From positions 47,180 to 111,179 of the IMG/VR virus record IMGVR_UViG_3300045049_000234: a DNA stretch of 64,000 nt; one strand, given 5' to 3'. Origin of the DNA: a virus. Below are positions 16,096-26,024 of the stretch, in pieces. The notes under the pieces were generated by a model that had not been told where the DNA came from, did no database searches, and saw only the letters and a program-made list of their open reading frames with translations. Within the stretch, counting starts at the first letter, position 1, and every line of letters begins with the position of its first letter. The translations under genes and the position numbers were made by a program.

Positions 16096-16408
16096 GCGAA
16101 TAGCGCCCGTCGTCGGTCAGCAGGACCGGCCCCGCCATGGCGCGAACGTACACCGGCGTGCGGGCCGGTTCCTCATGCGCGCCCAGCAGCCATCCCCGCG
16201 CGTACGCCTCGCGCCGGTTCGACTCGATCCACCCGTGACATCCGGTGGTCCCGCTGCCGCACACGTACATCAGATTGCTGGCCCGGTTGACCGCCGGATC
16301 GGTGGTCCCGCCCGCCCGGCGCGGCTTACGGTGGTGCAGCGACACCGCACCGGCGCCCAACGGCGCCCCGCACCGTTCGCACCGCCCGCCGCACCGTTCC
16401 CACACCAT
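16079..16408 (-). CDS. HNH endonuclease (start uncertain)
   Basis: CGGRCERCG...SLHHRKPRRAGG...NLMYVCGSGTTGCHGWIES. Confidence 0.8.
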   Translation of the reverse strand: MVWERCGGRCERCGAPLGAGAVSLHHRKPRRAGGTTDPAVNRASNLMYVCGSGTTGCHGWIESNRREAYARGWLLGAHEEPARTPVYVRAMAGPVLLTDDGRYSLILRE

Positions 16409-16482
16409 TTCGCGTACGTCCCGGCTCGGTCCGGTGTAGCGGCGCGGCTTGGCGCCGTCGGCGCGGTGCGCGCCCTTGGACT

Positions 16483-16746
16483 TCAGCGGGGTGCGGCGGA
16501 CAAGTCCTCTGCGTCGCGGGTCTCCGCCCGCCGTTCCCGGTTCCACATCCGACCCCCCGCCACGCCGATGAACTTGCGGTCCCGCCGCGCCCAGTCTAGA
16601 CACTGGCGCGAGACGGGACACCCGTGGCAGTAGCCCATCGCCGCGACGCGGTCCGCCTCGTTCTCCCCGTCGAACAGCCACGGGTCGGCGCCCCGGCACG
16701 CGGCGTCGGCGCGCCAGGGCTCCCGTCCCATCGCGATCGTGATCAC
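16483..16746 (-). CDS. WhiB-family Fe-S transcription factor
   Basis: WRADAACRGADPWLFD...CHGCPVSRQCLDWA...GVAGG. Confidence 0.9.
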   Translation of the reverse strand: MITIAMGREPWRADAACRGADPWLFDGENEADRVAAMGYCHGCPVSRQCLDWARRDRKFIGVAGGRMWNRERRAETRDAEDLSAAPR

Positions 16747-17027
16747 GCGTCCGCCGCCGTGCGCGCCTTGCGGATCTGCGCGCGGGCGCGGGCGATGTGC
16801 ACACGCACCTGATCCGGCCGTGCGCGCTGGTCCCACCGAGGGCGCCCCGGCACGCGGTAACCCTCCGGCAGCGGCGTGCGCCAGCCGTCGGCCTTCAGGC
16901 TGCGCACCACCGCGCGGGCGTACGGCGCGGCCTCAGCCTCGTCGCGCGTGAAGCCCCACACGGTCAAGGCGCGTGCGAACCGCGCCTCCAGGTCTCGCCA
17001 TGCGGCAGCGCTCTGCGGCGCCATCAC
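16743..17027 (-). CDS. Hypothetical protein
   Basis: 4-nt overlaps with both neighbours. Confidence 0.6.
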   Translation of the reverse strand: MMAPQSAAAWRDLEARFARALTVWGFTRDEAEAAPYARAVVRSLKADGWRTPLPEGYRVPGRPRWDQRARPDQVRVHIARARAQIRKARTAADA

Positions 17028-17482
17028 GTCACCCCTTTCCGTAAGAGTGCTTCCTGGTACATACCCTGGTATTCGTCCATATGCTCGTCGCGCAGTGTGC
17101 GCGCCGCGCGGTACAGCGCCACCGACCGCTTGCCGTCCCCGCGCGCCAGTTCTTCGTCCTTCAGCTCCTCATACCGCTGCGGGTAGCGCGCCTTGAGCCG
17201 GGACAGCGCCTCGTGGTTGGCGTTGGACCGGTCGTTGGCGCGGCGGCGGTTGGCAGGGATCTGCCGGTACGCCGCGACGCGGTCCGCCTCTCGCTGGAGG
17301 TATCCCGGATCGAACGCGATCCGGTCGCGCCGCCGCCGCGCCACGTGCTTGTTGTGGCACTCCTTGCACCGGCCGTAGACGTCGATGCGCCCGTCGGCCC
17401 GGTGGCTGGAGTAGAAACCGGTGTCGATGTCCTTGGGCAGACCGCAGCCGCTGCACACCTTCGTATCCGTCTGCGCGGCCAT
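17024..17482 (-). CDS. Zn-finger protein (CxxC...CxxC)
   Basis: KVCSGCGLPKDIDTGFY...GRCKECH; GAAGGG SD. Confidence 0.7.
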   Translation of the reverse strand: MAAQTDTKVCSGCGLPKDIDTGFYSSHRADGRIDVYGRCKECHNKHVARRRRDRIAFDPGYLQREADRVAAYRQIPANRRRANDRSNANHEALSRLKARYPQRYEELKDEELARGDGKRSVALYRAARTLRDEHMDEYQGMYQEALLRKGVT

Positions 17483-17564
17483 ATCCCGCCCTTCGTTCCT
17501 GGTCGTTGATCTGTCCCTAGCGTACTGCACGCTTTGCCAGACAGAACAGATCAACGCAGGAACA

Positions 17565-17783
17565 TCAGAACTGCGGATCGGGGTCCAGCGGACCCCACGG
17601 CGGGCGGAACGGCGCCGACTTCGCGCCCACCGCGTCCGCGCGGGACGGATGGACGAACAGCGTCACCGGCTGCTTGCCCCGGCGGCAGGTGATCACCTTC
17701 TCGCACCACTGGCCCGCCGCCGCGCCGCACCACGGGCAGCGCACGCCCAACGCGGGTGGACGTCCAACACCTGTCATCGTCAT
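17565..17783 (-). CDS. Small Zn-finger protein
   Basis: ALGVRCPWCGAAAGQWC...HPSR. Confidence 0.6.
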   Translation of the reverse strand: MTMTGVGRPPALGVRCPWCGAAAGQWCEKVITCRRGKQPVTLFVHPSRADAVGAKSAPFRPPWGPLDPDPQF

Positions 17784-18199
17784 TCGCTGCCTCCTGGCGG
17801 GAGCGGGAACATTTTCGACATCAGTGCGCGCAGCGGGCGGGGACGCGCCGTGCCGTCGTCGTACGGCCGCGTGCGCCCCTCGCGCAGCGCGGCCAGGTAC
17901 GCGGGCACGTCGTCCGGATCGGCGTCCGGGATCGCGTCCTCAATCGTTTCCATCATGGTCTTGCCGGGGTCCACCCGCGCCGCCGCGTCGGCCTGCCGGT
18001 TCTTCACGAAGATCACGATGTGGGCGGGCATGATCCGGTCCTGTGACGCCGCGTAGTGCGCGATCACCGCGTCCTTGGCGTCCGCGTAGTCGAACCTCCC
18101 GACGATCATCGACCACGCCGCGATGTCCGATTCCCCGATCTTGCGCTGATCGTACGTCGCCATCAGCGCAAGCAGCTTGCCGACTTCGGATGCGTCCAC
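17780..18199 (-). CDS. Putative replicative helicase loader/inhibitor-like protein
   Basis: EVGKLLALMATYDQR...AAWSMIVGRFDYADAKDAVIAHY...IMPAHI; follows the initiator gene. Confidence 0.65.
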   Translation of the reverse strand: MDASEVGKLLALMATYDQRKIGESDIAAWSMIVGRFDYADAKDAVIAHYAASQDRIMPAHIVIFVKNRQADAAARVDPGKTMMETIEDAIPDADPDDVPAYLAALREGRTRPYDDGTARPRPLRALMSKMFPLPPGGSE

Positions 18200-18202
18200 G
18201 GG

Positions 18203-19174
18203 TCAGAACCCTTCGATCTCACCGCGACGGCGGCGCCGATCCAGCTCGCCGAAATCCACGTTGCCGTACTTCTCGATGAACAGACGGGTGGCCTCCGCCG
18301 CCATGTCCACGCGCTCGTCCGTGGTGGACCGGGGTACCGGCACCGGGTCCGGCTCGTCGTCCCACTGCTCGGCGTTGAGCCACGTCGCGGGGTGCGGAAT
18401 CCACCGCGCCTCGGTGTGCTTGTTCCACACCGCGAACTGCCTGGCGGCGTCGATCATCACCTGTGCCGTGGTCTTGGTCAGCGCCTTCTCCCACGCCTTG
18501 CGCGCGGCGCCCTTCTTCACCCGGCGCGGATACGCCCGCCACCACTCTTCGAACCGGTCCGGGTCGTTCTGCGGCGTCAGGGGGCCGTCCACGATGTCGC
18601 GGATCACATCGACGGGGATCAGTTCGGGCTGCTCGTACACGGGTTCCTCCTGCGGCTCGATGTCGATGGGGTCAATCATGGCAGCGGACTTCCACGGCGC
18701 AACGGCGGGCGCCATGTGGTCCATCCACCCGCCTTTGCGCAGCTCGCGCAGCTCGGTGCGGATCGTGGACGGCTTGCACGGCTTGCCGTTCCAGAACCCG
18801 CACACCGCCGTCATGGCGTCCACCGTCGGGTCCGGCGCGCGGCGCATCCGCGCCTGCCCGACCATCGCCAACACGCGCAGCCCACGGGCCGTGAGCGCCA
18901 TCACGGCGTCCACCGGGACGGGGCACCAGTGTTCGAGGCCGTAGGGCGTCACGCGGCGCGGCAGGGGCTTGAACTTGCGCCTGCGCCCGACGCCGACCAA
19001 CCGGCGGTTCACCAGCCAGGTAAGGCACTGCTTGACGCGCACCGGGTTCATCCGCAACTGCGCGGCGATGGCCAGCGCACCGGAGCGGCACCATCCGTCG
19101 TGGGACGCCAGGTAGCAGTACACGCGCACGGCTTCGCTGGGCGTGGACGGGTCGTTGACCATCCACTGAGGCAC
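18203..19174 (-). CDS. Phage replication initiator-like protein
   Basis: N-terminal HTH-like region; C-terminal RFEEWWRAYPRRVKKGAARKAWEKA...WIPHPATWLNAEQWDDE. Confidence 0.8.
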   Translation of the reverse strand: MPQWMVNDPSTPSEAVRVYCYLASHDGWCRSGALAIAAQLRMNPVRVKQCLTWLVNRRLVGVGRRRKFKPLPRRVTPYGLEHWCPVPVDAVMALTARGLRVLAMVGQARMRRAPDPTVDAMTAVCGFWNGKPCKPSTIRTELRELRKGGWMDHMAPAVAPWKSAAMIDPIDIEPQEEPVYEQPELIPVDVIRDIVDGPLTPQNDPDRFEEWWRAYPRRVKKGAARKAWEKALTKTTAQVMIDAARQFAVWNKHTEARWIPHPATWLNAEQWDDEPDPVPVPRSTTDERVDMAAEATRLFIEKYGNVDFGELDRRRRRGEIEGF

Positions 19175-19696
19175 CTTGATCCACCGGTTCGAGTGCCGGT
19201 CCTCGCGGGGGCGCCGACCACGGCGCTTGCGCGTCAGGACGATAAGACAGGCTCCGAACGAGTCTCGGACTCGCGGCCCATAGCAGGGGGGACGGCACCG
19301 GCGCTTGTGGTGATCGCGTCAATCACGATACAATCCCCTTACTTTGTTGTTGCATATCACCGCCGGTCCGTGCCAACTGATCCGGCGGTGATTTGTTTAG
19401 GTTCGCGCCCACGGGTTATCCGTAGGGATTCGCCCGATGAGCTGGGCGTTCACGTTACCGCCGCCGCTGATCACAGCGCAAGCCCCCCGATCGCCGTGTC
19501 GCTGACACCTCGTCAGTGGCACACGCCGCGCACGCGCGGCAACGCCGCGTGTATTTAGGGGTGGTCTAGTAGTTGTTCTACCTACCTACGGATTAGACGG
19601 GGTACAAAAGCTAACCCCCCGTCGGTACCTAAAAACTGACGGCGTGTGACGTGCAAAAACCCCCGCCCGGCGGTGCGGGCGGGGGTCGGCGGGTGC

Positions 19697-20053
19697 CTAG
19701 CGGCGGGCCGCGTCGCGGATGATGTCGGTCAGGCGCCACGCGGCGTTGTGCGAGCGGCGACCGAGGGATTCGATCACCGCGCGGGCGACACGGCCGCGCT
19801 CTGGCAGGCGGTGGCGCACGGCTTCGACGATCGAGCACACCAGCGCGTCCAGTTCGGCGTCGCCGGTGCGGTACTGGCGGTGGTGCACTCCGTCCGGCGC
19901 GGCGCGCGCCGCACGGGCGGCCAGGACGCGCAGCACGCGCCGCTGTAGTTCGTCCGTGCGCGCGTGCCACGCGAGGCGGAATGCGTACCGGTCGTCGATG
20001 CCGGTCAACTGGTCGGCGATGGCCTGGACGGCGATGCGTTCGGCGTCGTCCAT
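19697..20053 (-). CDS. Hypothetical protein
   Basis: Protein-like ORF followed by hairpin and T-tract at about 19656-19686. Confidence 0.6.
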   Translation of the reverse strand: MDDAERIAVQAIADQLTGIDDRYAFRLAWHARTDELQRRVLRVLAARAARAAPDGVHHRQYRTGDAELDALVCSIVEAVRHRLPERGRVARAVIESLGRRSHNAAWRLTDIIRDAARR

Positions 20054-20433
20054 GCTCTATGCCGCAGTGCGCAGCGCGCCGTCCGCGTAGTTGTCCACGT
20101 CGCGGAGCACGTCGGCGACCACCCACCCCCCGGCGCACATGTTGGCGACGTCGCTCCACCGCTCGATCGCGACGTACTGGGCGCCGGGGCACTGGCGTAC
20201 GGCGTAGCGCAGTGCGCCGATCAGCGTACTTTCCGGATGGAACGTGCGTGCGTTGTCGCGGTGGACAGCGACCTGATAGACGGCCGGACGGTCGCGCATA
20301 CATCCTCCTTGATCGGTGCCGTGGTGGGACACGCGTGTGGTAACGTAGCGCGTTGCATTAGCACGCGCAATAGCTAAATGAGGATGGATCGGCTAAGCTA
20401 GGCGATCCGCCCCACGGGATACAGGAGGAACCC

Positions 20434-20703
20434 GTGATCATCCCTACGATGGAACCCGACCGTCGCGGCCCGAAACGTTCGATGGACCGCGCGCACACCG
20501 TGGACGCCGCGTGGACGGCGCTGATGCTCGACGTCGAGTTCGGCATGGCGCCGATGCGCCCCGTCGTGCGCAGCGCGGCGTACCGCGCCGGTGAGCTGCG
20601 CCTGGCCGTCCAGTGCCGCCGCCGTGTCGCGTCGGTGCGCCGGTTGTTCGACGCCACATTCCCGCCGTACCGCGCCGCCGCCGCGAAGCTGGCGCACCCG
20701 TGA
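20434..20703 (+). CDS. Hypothetical protein
   Basis: AGGAGGAACCC-GTG; first gene of the rightward block. Confidence 0.6.
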   Translation: MIIPTMEPDRRGPKRSMDRAHTVDAAWTALMLDVEFGMAPMRPVVRSAAYRAGELRLAVQCRRRVASVRRLFDATFPPYRAAAAKLAHP

Positions 20704-20920
20704 CCGCCATGCGCCAGGGGCGCAACCAGGACGGCGCGCCCGCGTGGTCGTACACGGACGTGGACGGGGACCTGATGGCCGTGTTCCCCGCGCACCTGCC
20801 CGACGGACGCAAGGGCGTCAACCTGCGCACGGCCGTGCGAGGGTGCACGGTCACCGCCGACGACGTTGAGGACTTCATCGCCTCGGTGCGCGCGGCCGTG
20901 GCGAACGCGCAGGGCGCCCG

Positions 20921-21772
20921 ATGAACCGCAGCATGTACCGCCGCGCCGTCCGACACGCGCGGCGCACATGGGACTGGGACGTCATGGACGCCGGACGCGT
21001 CACGTTCGTCGCGGTGTTCCCGAACACGAACACCGGCTATCTCGGCATCGACGGCGACGGCACTCCGTTCGGCGACTTCGCGGGCGGCCTGGACCTGGAC
21101 GGCTTCCGGCCGATCAGCGACTACTGCTGGTGGCGCCCCGACGGCCCGTCGAACGTGTGGGGTGCGGGCACCGCCGCCGTGGCGCTGCGCGGCTACGACA
21201 TCGACGGGCACGTGAAGCCGGACGAGCTGTGGTACGCGCACTTCGATCCGGACGACGACGAACACCGGTACCCCGGCATCGGGTGGTACGGCGGCATCCT
21301 GGACAAACCGCACCGCATCCGCAGCGCGACCGGCGCGCGCCTGGTCACCGATCCCACGGAGTTCGGCGCCGCCACGGCGTTGTGGGACCTGATCGAGAAA
21401 GATCACGGGTTCGCCCCGTTCATGGACGCGTGGCTGTTCGACTCCCGCGACTTCGGCGGCAAGTGGTACATGCCCCTGGAGTGGGAGGCGGACGAGCGCA
21501 GTTGCGAGCTGGCCGACGTCGTTGAGCTGATGGACGGGTGGCGCCGCCGGTACGGGGCGAAGATCCACGTCTACGGGATGCACGCGCAGAAGCCTTACGC
21601 GGTCCCCGAACCCGGCGGGGGCACCCGCAACGTCAAGCGCGTGCACCACGGCGGGCCGTCCGACGGGCACATGTACCACGCGCAGTCGGCCACCGAATTC
21701 CTGCGCTCATATAAGGCGTGGAAGTCCGGCGACCTCGACAACTGGCATCCGGACTGGCGCAGCTACTGGTAG
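20921..21772 (+). CDS. Hypothetical Trp/Asp-rich protein
   Basis: Long ORF with high GC3 codon usage, overlapping the upstream small ORF. Confidence 0.8.
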   Translation: MNRSMYRRAVRHARRTWDWDVMDAGRVTFVAVFPNTNTGYLGIDGDGTPFGDFAGGLDLDGFRPISDYCWWRPDGPSNVWGAGTAAVALRGYDIDGHVKPDELWYAHFDPDDDEHRYPGIGWYGGILDKPHRIRSATGARLVTDPTEFGAATALWDLIEKDHGFAPFMDAWLFDSRDFGGKWYMPLEWEADERSCELADVVELMDGWRRRYGAKIHVYGMHAQKPYAVPEPGGGTRNVKRVHHGGPSDGHMYHAQSATEFLRSYKAWKSGDLDNWHPDWRSYW

Positions 21773-21780
21773 GAGGAACG

Positions 21781-22110
21781 TTGTCCCGTCATTTCAAGAA
21801 GTCCGTGAAGGACCCGGCACTGACGATCGGCTACGGCTACGACCGGCCGATGGGCGGGTTCTTCGCGTGGATCGGCCCCGACGGCGGGGACTGCGAGCCG
21901 GAGGAACTGGTGCTGGACGTCGGCAACCTGCCCGGCGAGGTGCCAGACCCCGAGTATCTGTCGGCGCTGATCGATGCCGCCGGGCACGGCGCGCTGAGCG
22001 CGCAGGAGATCGCCGTACTGTACGCCGACGCGAACATGGAAGGACCGCCGCAGCGCACGCCGTCACTTCAGGCGCTGATGGACGCGATGACCGGCGTCAC
22101 GCGCCCGTGA
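21781..22110 (+). CDS. Hypothetical protein
   Basis: AGGAGG SD before TTG. Confidence 0.7.
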   Translation: MSRHFKKSVKDPALTIGYGYDRPMGGFFAWIGPDGGDCEPEELVLDVGNLPGEVPDPEYLSALIDAAGHGALSAQEIAVLYADANMEGPPQRTPSLQALMDAMTGVTRP

Positions 22111-22247
22111 GTGCGTGTACTGCGGCACTTGCGGTTGCGGTTACCCCGGTGAATATGGGTTGTGTCCGCTATCGGATTGCGCTACGCTAGTTAACACGAC
22201 GGGGGGATTGACGAACCCCCGACATCCGACGACATCGGAGGAACCCC

Positions 22248-22505
22248 TTGCACTACTGCACTTGCGGTTGCGGTACGCGGATCACCGGCTACAACTACCG
22301 CTGCCCGCGCGGCCAGGTCTGGACGCGCAGCGCGTTCCAGGACGAGTTCGGATTCCTCGCCGCCATGCAGGAGGTCGAGGTCATCGAAGACCTGGCGCGC
22401 GGCGACTTCGCCGCAGCGGCGTTCGACCAGGCGGCGGCGGACGACTTCGCCAGCGGCGACGTGTTCGGCGGCATCACCGACTCGGCGCTGGGCGACCTGC
22501 TGTAG
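22248..22505 (+). CDS. Small hypothetical protein (Cys-rich N-terminus, acidic tail)
   Basis: GGAGGAACCCC-TTG. Confidence 0.6.
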   Translation: MHYCTCGCGTRITGYNYRCPRGQVWTRSAFQDEFGFLAAMQEVEVIEDLARGDFAAAAFDQAAADDFASGDVFGGITDSALGDLL

Positions 22506-22606
22506 CACAGACGCGGGTCGCGGCGCGCGACCCGGCGGAACACCTGCGCCACCCCCCCCGGCGCGGTCCCGCGAATCCCCTGGGCACACCCCACCCCGTG
22601 CCCAGG

Positions 22607-22731
22607 GGACGCGCCATCCATGGACGTGGCTGGTTTCGGCGCGACCTCACCCGCGCCGTCACGCACAGGCGGGGTTTTCTCACCTGCACTTTCTACCCGT
22701 CGCTAAGGGGGTTCGATTCCCCCTGCGTCCG
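22607..22731 (+). ncRNA. tRNA-like structured RNA
   Basis: Acceptor-like GGACGCG/TGCGTCC plus G, perfect T-arm GGGGG-TTCGATT-CCCCC, three internal hairpins; lies in a non-coding gap. Confidence 0.5.
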
Positions 22732-22796
22732 CTGTGGCGTCCCGACCGTTCGCGCCGGGGCGCCCGTCACCCGATTGATGAGAGGAACCCGAAAGC

Positions 22797-24287
22797 GTGG
22801 CCATGCACGAAATCGCAGTCGGCAACATCCCCCCGGCGCTCGCGGCGCTCCTGGTGAGCGGCGGCGTGGTGGGGACGCCGGTGACCGGCGACGACATCAA
22901 GTTCCACAAGGGCAAGGACATCGTCCTGCCGGAGGGGTCCACCTACGAGTGGGCCATCGACACGCTGGAGCGCAAGAAGACGGAGCAGGAGACCGTCATC
23001 TCCTTCCAGCGCGTCTACCCGTTCCGCCCGGACGACGGCGCGCACGCCGTGGCGGCGGTCCTGAAATCCAAGTACGGCGTCACGATCGGCAAGCCCACGC
23101 CGGGATTCTTCTCCTCCCGCCCGCCGGAGCTGCGCGCCATCGCCGTCGGGTTCGGCAAGACCGAACAGGTCCCGTGGGGCAAGATCGAGATCCCGTCGCT
23201 CCAGAGCGCCGAGATCACGCTGCACGAGACCAGCCAGGGCAACGGCCCGGTGTTCGCCGTGTCGGTGCAGGCGGCGCGCAAGTTCAAGGAGGAGATCGAG
23301 TCACTGTTCGGCGCGATCGACGCCGAGCTGCGCGCGAACTCCATCTACCGGGGCAAGGCGCTGATCGGCGCGCACACGCTCCAGTTCTTGGACACCTCCA
23401 AGTTCGACGCCACCAAGATCGTGTTCTCGGACCTGGTGACCGACACGCTCAACGCCGCGCTGTTCGGTGCGATCAAGCACGCCGCCGCGCTCAAGCGCGA
23501 CGGCGTCCCGATCAAGCGCTCCGTCCTGCTCTACGGCCCGTACGGGACCGGCAAGTCCTCCGTCGGGATGATGACGGCGCAGGTCGCTGAGATGAACGGG
23601 TTCACCTTCCTCCAGGCGCGCACCGGCGTGGACTCGCTGGAAGACGTCCTGAAGACCGCGCAGCTCTACCAGCCCGCCGTCGTGTTCGTGGAGGACATCG
23701 ACGGTCCGGCGTCGGTGAGCGACGCGCAGGACGTGGCCAAAATGCTGGAGGCGTTCGACGGCGTGGCCGCCAAGGACTCCCAGATCATCATGGTCGTGAC
23801 CACCAACCACATCGACCGCATCCACGCGGGCATGCTGCGCCCCGGCCGCCTGGACTACATCGTGGAAATCAACAAGCTGGACCGCAGCGGAACCGAACGC
23901 CTGCTGCGCGTCCTGCTGGGCGACAAGCTGGACCGGCATGTGGACTTCGACGCGGTGTTCGCGGAGATGACGGACTTCGAGCCCGCGTTCGCCCGCGCCA
24001 CCGCCGACCGCGCCGCCACGTGGGCCATCGCCCGCACCGGCGGCAAGGGCTCGTACAAGCTCGCCACCGCCGATCTGGTCGGCGCCGCGCGCTCGCTGCA
24101 CCCGCAGCTCAAGCGCTTGCGCGAGGCGTCCGAGGGCATCCCGGCGCCGCAGATCGAGACGGCGCTGGCGGACCTGACCACCAAGGCCGCGCAGGAGGCG
24201 GTCCTGGGCCTGCGCCTGGAGGACGCGTACGGCGACGTGACCCACACGGTCGTGATGCCGGAGCTGAACGGCGCGTCCGCGTCGTAG
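22797..24287 (+). CDS. AAA+ ATPase (classical clade)
   Basis: Walker A GPYGTGKS, Walker B VVFVEDID, sensor TTN, SRH MLRPGRLD. Confidence 0.93.
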   Translation: MAMHEIAVGNIPPALAALLVSGGVVGTPVTGDDIKFHKGKDIVLPEGSTYEWAIDTLERKKTEQETVISFQRVYPFRPDDGAHAVAAVLKSKYGVTIGKPTPGFFSSRPPELRAIAVGFGKTEQVPWGKIEIPSLQSAEITLHETSQGNGPVFAVSVQAARKFKEEIESLFGAIDAELRANSIYRGKALIGAHTLQFLDTSKFDATKIVFSDLVTDTLNAALFGAIKHAAALKRDGVPIKRSVLLYGPYGTGKSSVGMMTAQVAEMNGFTFLQARTGVDSLEDVLKTAQLYQPAVVFVEDIDGPASVSDAQDVAKMLEAFDGVAAKDSQIIMVVTTNHIDRIHAGMLRPGRLDYIVEINKLDRSGTERLLRVLLGDKLDRHVDFDAVFAEMTDFEPAFARATADRAATWAIARTGGKGSYKLATADLVGAARSLHPQLKRLREASEGIPAPQIETALADLTTKAAQEAVLGLRLEDAYGDVTHTVVMPELNGASAS

Positions 24288-24356
24288 TCCAAACCAACGC
24301 CCCGCACCTTCGCCGCACCGGAGGTGCGGGGCGTTTCCGCAGCGATGGAGGAACCC

Positions 24357-24875
24357 ATGACCACCATTGACGAGCAAGTGGACTTGCTCGACGCCGCGCT
24401 GTGTCGCGGCGACAACCTGAACGACCTGAGCAACGCGAACCCCTCCGTGGCGTTCCGCGACCAGGTGCAGGCGGCTGCCGCGCACGCGGGATCGGTGGCG
24501 CAGAGCAACGCGCGTGCGCGGGGACTGCGCGTGCGCGACGGCATCCCGCACGCCGACACCCCGGCGTGGCTGCGCCGTGGGATGCTGCGCGCCATCGTGG
24601 TGTGGATGGGCCGCATCGGCGAGACGTGCCCGCACGCCGCCGACCGCAGCAACGTCCAGCCGATCTCGCTGGCCGCGTGGAACCCGATGCGCGCCACGTG
24701 CCTGGCGTGCACGGCCACGCTGGCGGTGGAACACGGATCGGTGGCGGACCGCACATGCGACGGCTGCGGCACGGTCACCGACGGCAGGGCGGGCATGTAT
24801 CCCGGCACGATGATCTTCGGCCCGTTCACCTACTTCTACGGCACCTGCGCCGACTGCCGTGTGACGGGGGGCTGA
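24357..24875 (+). CDS. Hypothetical Cys-rich protein
   Basis: GGAGGAACCC-ATG; CLAC, CDGC, CADC. Confidence 0.7.
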   Translation: MTTIDEQVDLLDAALCRGDNLNDLSNANPSVAFRDQVQAAAAHAGSVAQSNARARGLRVRDGIPHADTPAWLRRGMLRAIVVWMGRIGETCPHAADRSNVQPISLAAWNPMRATCLACTATLAVEHGSVADRTCDGCGTVTDGRAGMYPGTMIFGPFTYFYGTCADCRVTGG

Positions 24876-24880
24876 ACGCC

Positions 24881-25306
24881 GTGGGGTGGATACTCGGATT
24901 CGGCATCCCGGCGGCGTACATGGCGGGGTGGGCGGCGTTCGCCCGCGTCCTGTACCAGCGCTACCGCATTCACGAGGTCGAGAAGGCGGCATGCCCGAAC
25001 CGCCGCACCATGGGCGACCGGCATGACGTGCGCTGTGACCGATGCCTGATCACGAATAAGTTCTGGTGGCAAGAAAAGGACCGTTCTACCACCGCGCACA
25101 CGTACACCGACACCGGATGCCTGGCGCTGGCGTTCCTGCACGCGTTCCCCTGGCCGTTGACCGCTCCGGCGTACATCATGGTGCGTGTGGCCAGCGACCA
25201 TCCGGCGCTCGCGCCCAGCGAGGTCAAGGCGCGCGAAAAGGCGCAGTTGGACCGCATCAAGGAGCTGGAAGACCTCAACCGCAAGCTGTCCGACTCGATC
25301 GGATGA
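24881..25306 (+). CDS. Membrane protein
   Basis: Two hydrophobic segments, C-terminal coiled coil. Confidence 0.65.
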   Translation: MGWILGFGIPAAYMAGWAAFARVLYQRYRIHEVEKAACPNRRTMGDRHDVRCDRCLITNKFWWQEKDRSTTAHTYTDTGCLALAFLHAFPWPLTAPAYIMVRVASDHPALAPSEVKAREKAQLDRIKELEDLNRKLSDSIG

Positions 25307-25352
25307 CCACCTCCCCACGTGTTCCAGATCAACCGCAAGGAGCTTCACCGCG

Positions 25353-26024
25353 ATGACTGATCCGCATTACGCCCACGTGTTCCTCGTCGCCGACCGGTCC
25401 GGATCGATGGCCGACTGCCGCGAGGCCACGCAGGACGGCATCAACGAGTTCTTCAACGGGCAGAAGACGGTCCCCGGCAAGGTGACCGCATCCCTGTTCC
25501 AGTTCGACGACCACCACGACACCGTGTTCGAGCACCTGCCGATCGGCGACGTCCCGGCGTACGAACTGGTTCCGCGCGGCATGACGGCACTGCTGGACGC
25601 CGTCGGGTTCGCTTTCACCCGCGAGGGCGAATGGCTCGCGTCCATGCCGGAGCACGAGCGTCCTGGCATCGTCACGGCGGTGATCGCCACGGACGGCATG
25701 GAGAACCGTTCGACCGAGTGGAAGGCGGACGGCGCCGATCCCGCCTCGCGCATCCGCGCGCTGATCACCCAGCAGCGCGAGGTCTACGGATGGGAGGTGC
25801 TGTTCATCGGCGCCAACATGGACGCGATCAAGGTGGGCGGCGGGCTCGGCATCCCGGTGTCGCGCTCCATGACCTACAACACCACCGCCACGGGCACCGC
25901 ATCCACGTACGGGACGCTGTCGGCCGTCGGCGCCACCATCTCGTCCGGCGTGGCGTTCGCCGGGTTCACCGATGACCAGCGCGCCGCCGCCGTGGACCAG
26001 GCGCCCGACAAGGACGCGAAGTGA
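25353..26024 (+). CDS. vWA-domain protein
   Basis: VFLVADRSGSM, PRGMTALLDAVG, IATDGMENRS, WEVLFIGAN. Confidence 0.88.
   Translation: MTDPHYAHVFLVADRSGSMADCREATQDGINEFFNGQKTVPGKVTASLFQFDDHHDTVFEHLPIGDVPAYELVPRGMTALLDAVGFAFTREGEWLASMPEHERPGIVTAVIATDGMENRSTEWKADGADPASRIRALITQQREVYGWEVLFIGANMDAIKVGGGLGIPVSRSMTYNTTATGTASTYGTLSAVGATISSGVAFAGFTDDQRAAAVDQAPDKDAK

Noticed and set aside
22607-22731. tRNA-Sec
   Set aside because: TCA occurs in a loop, but the loop is 8 nt (ACCTCACC) and arm lengths do not fit; kept only as tRNA-like.
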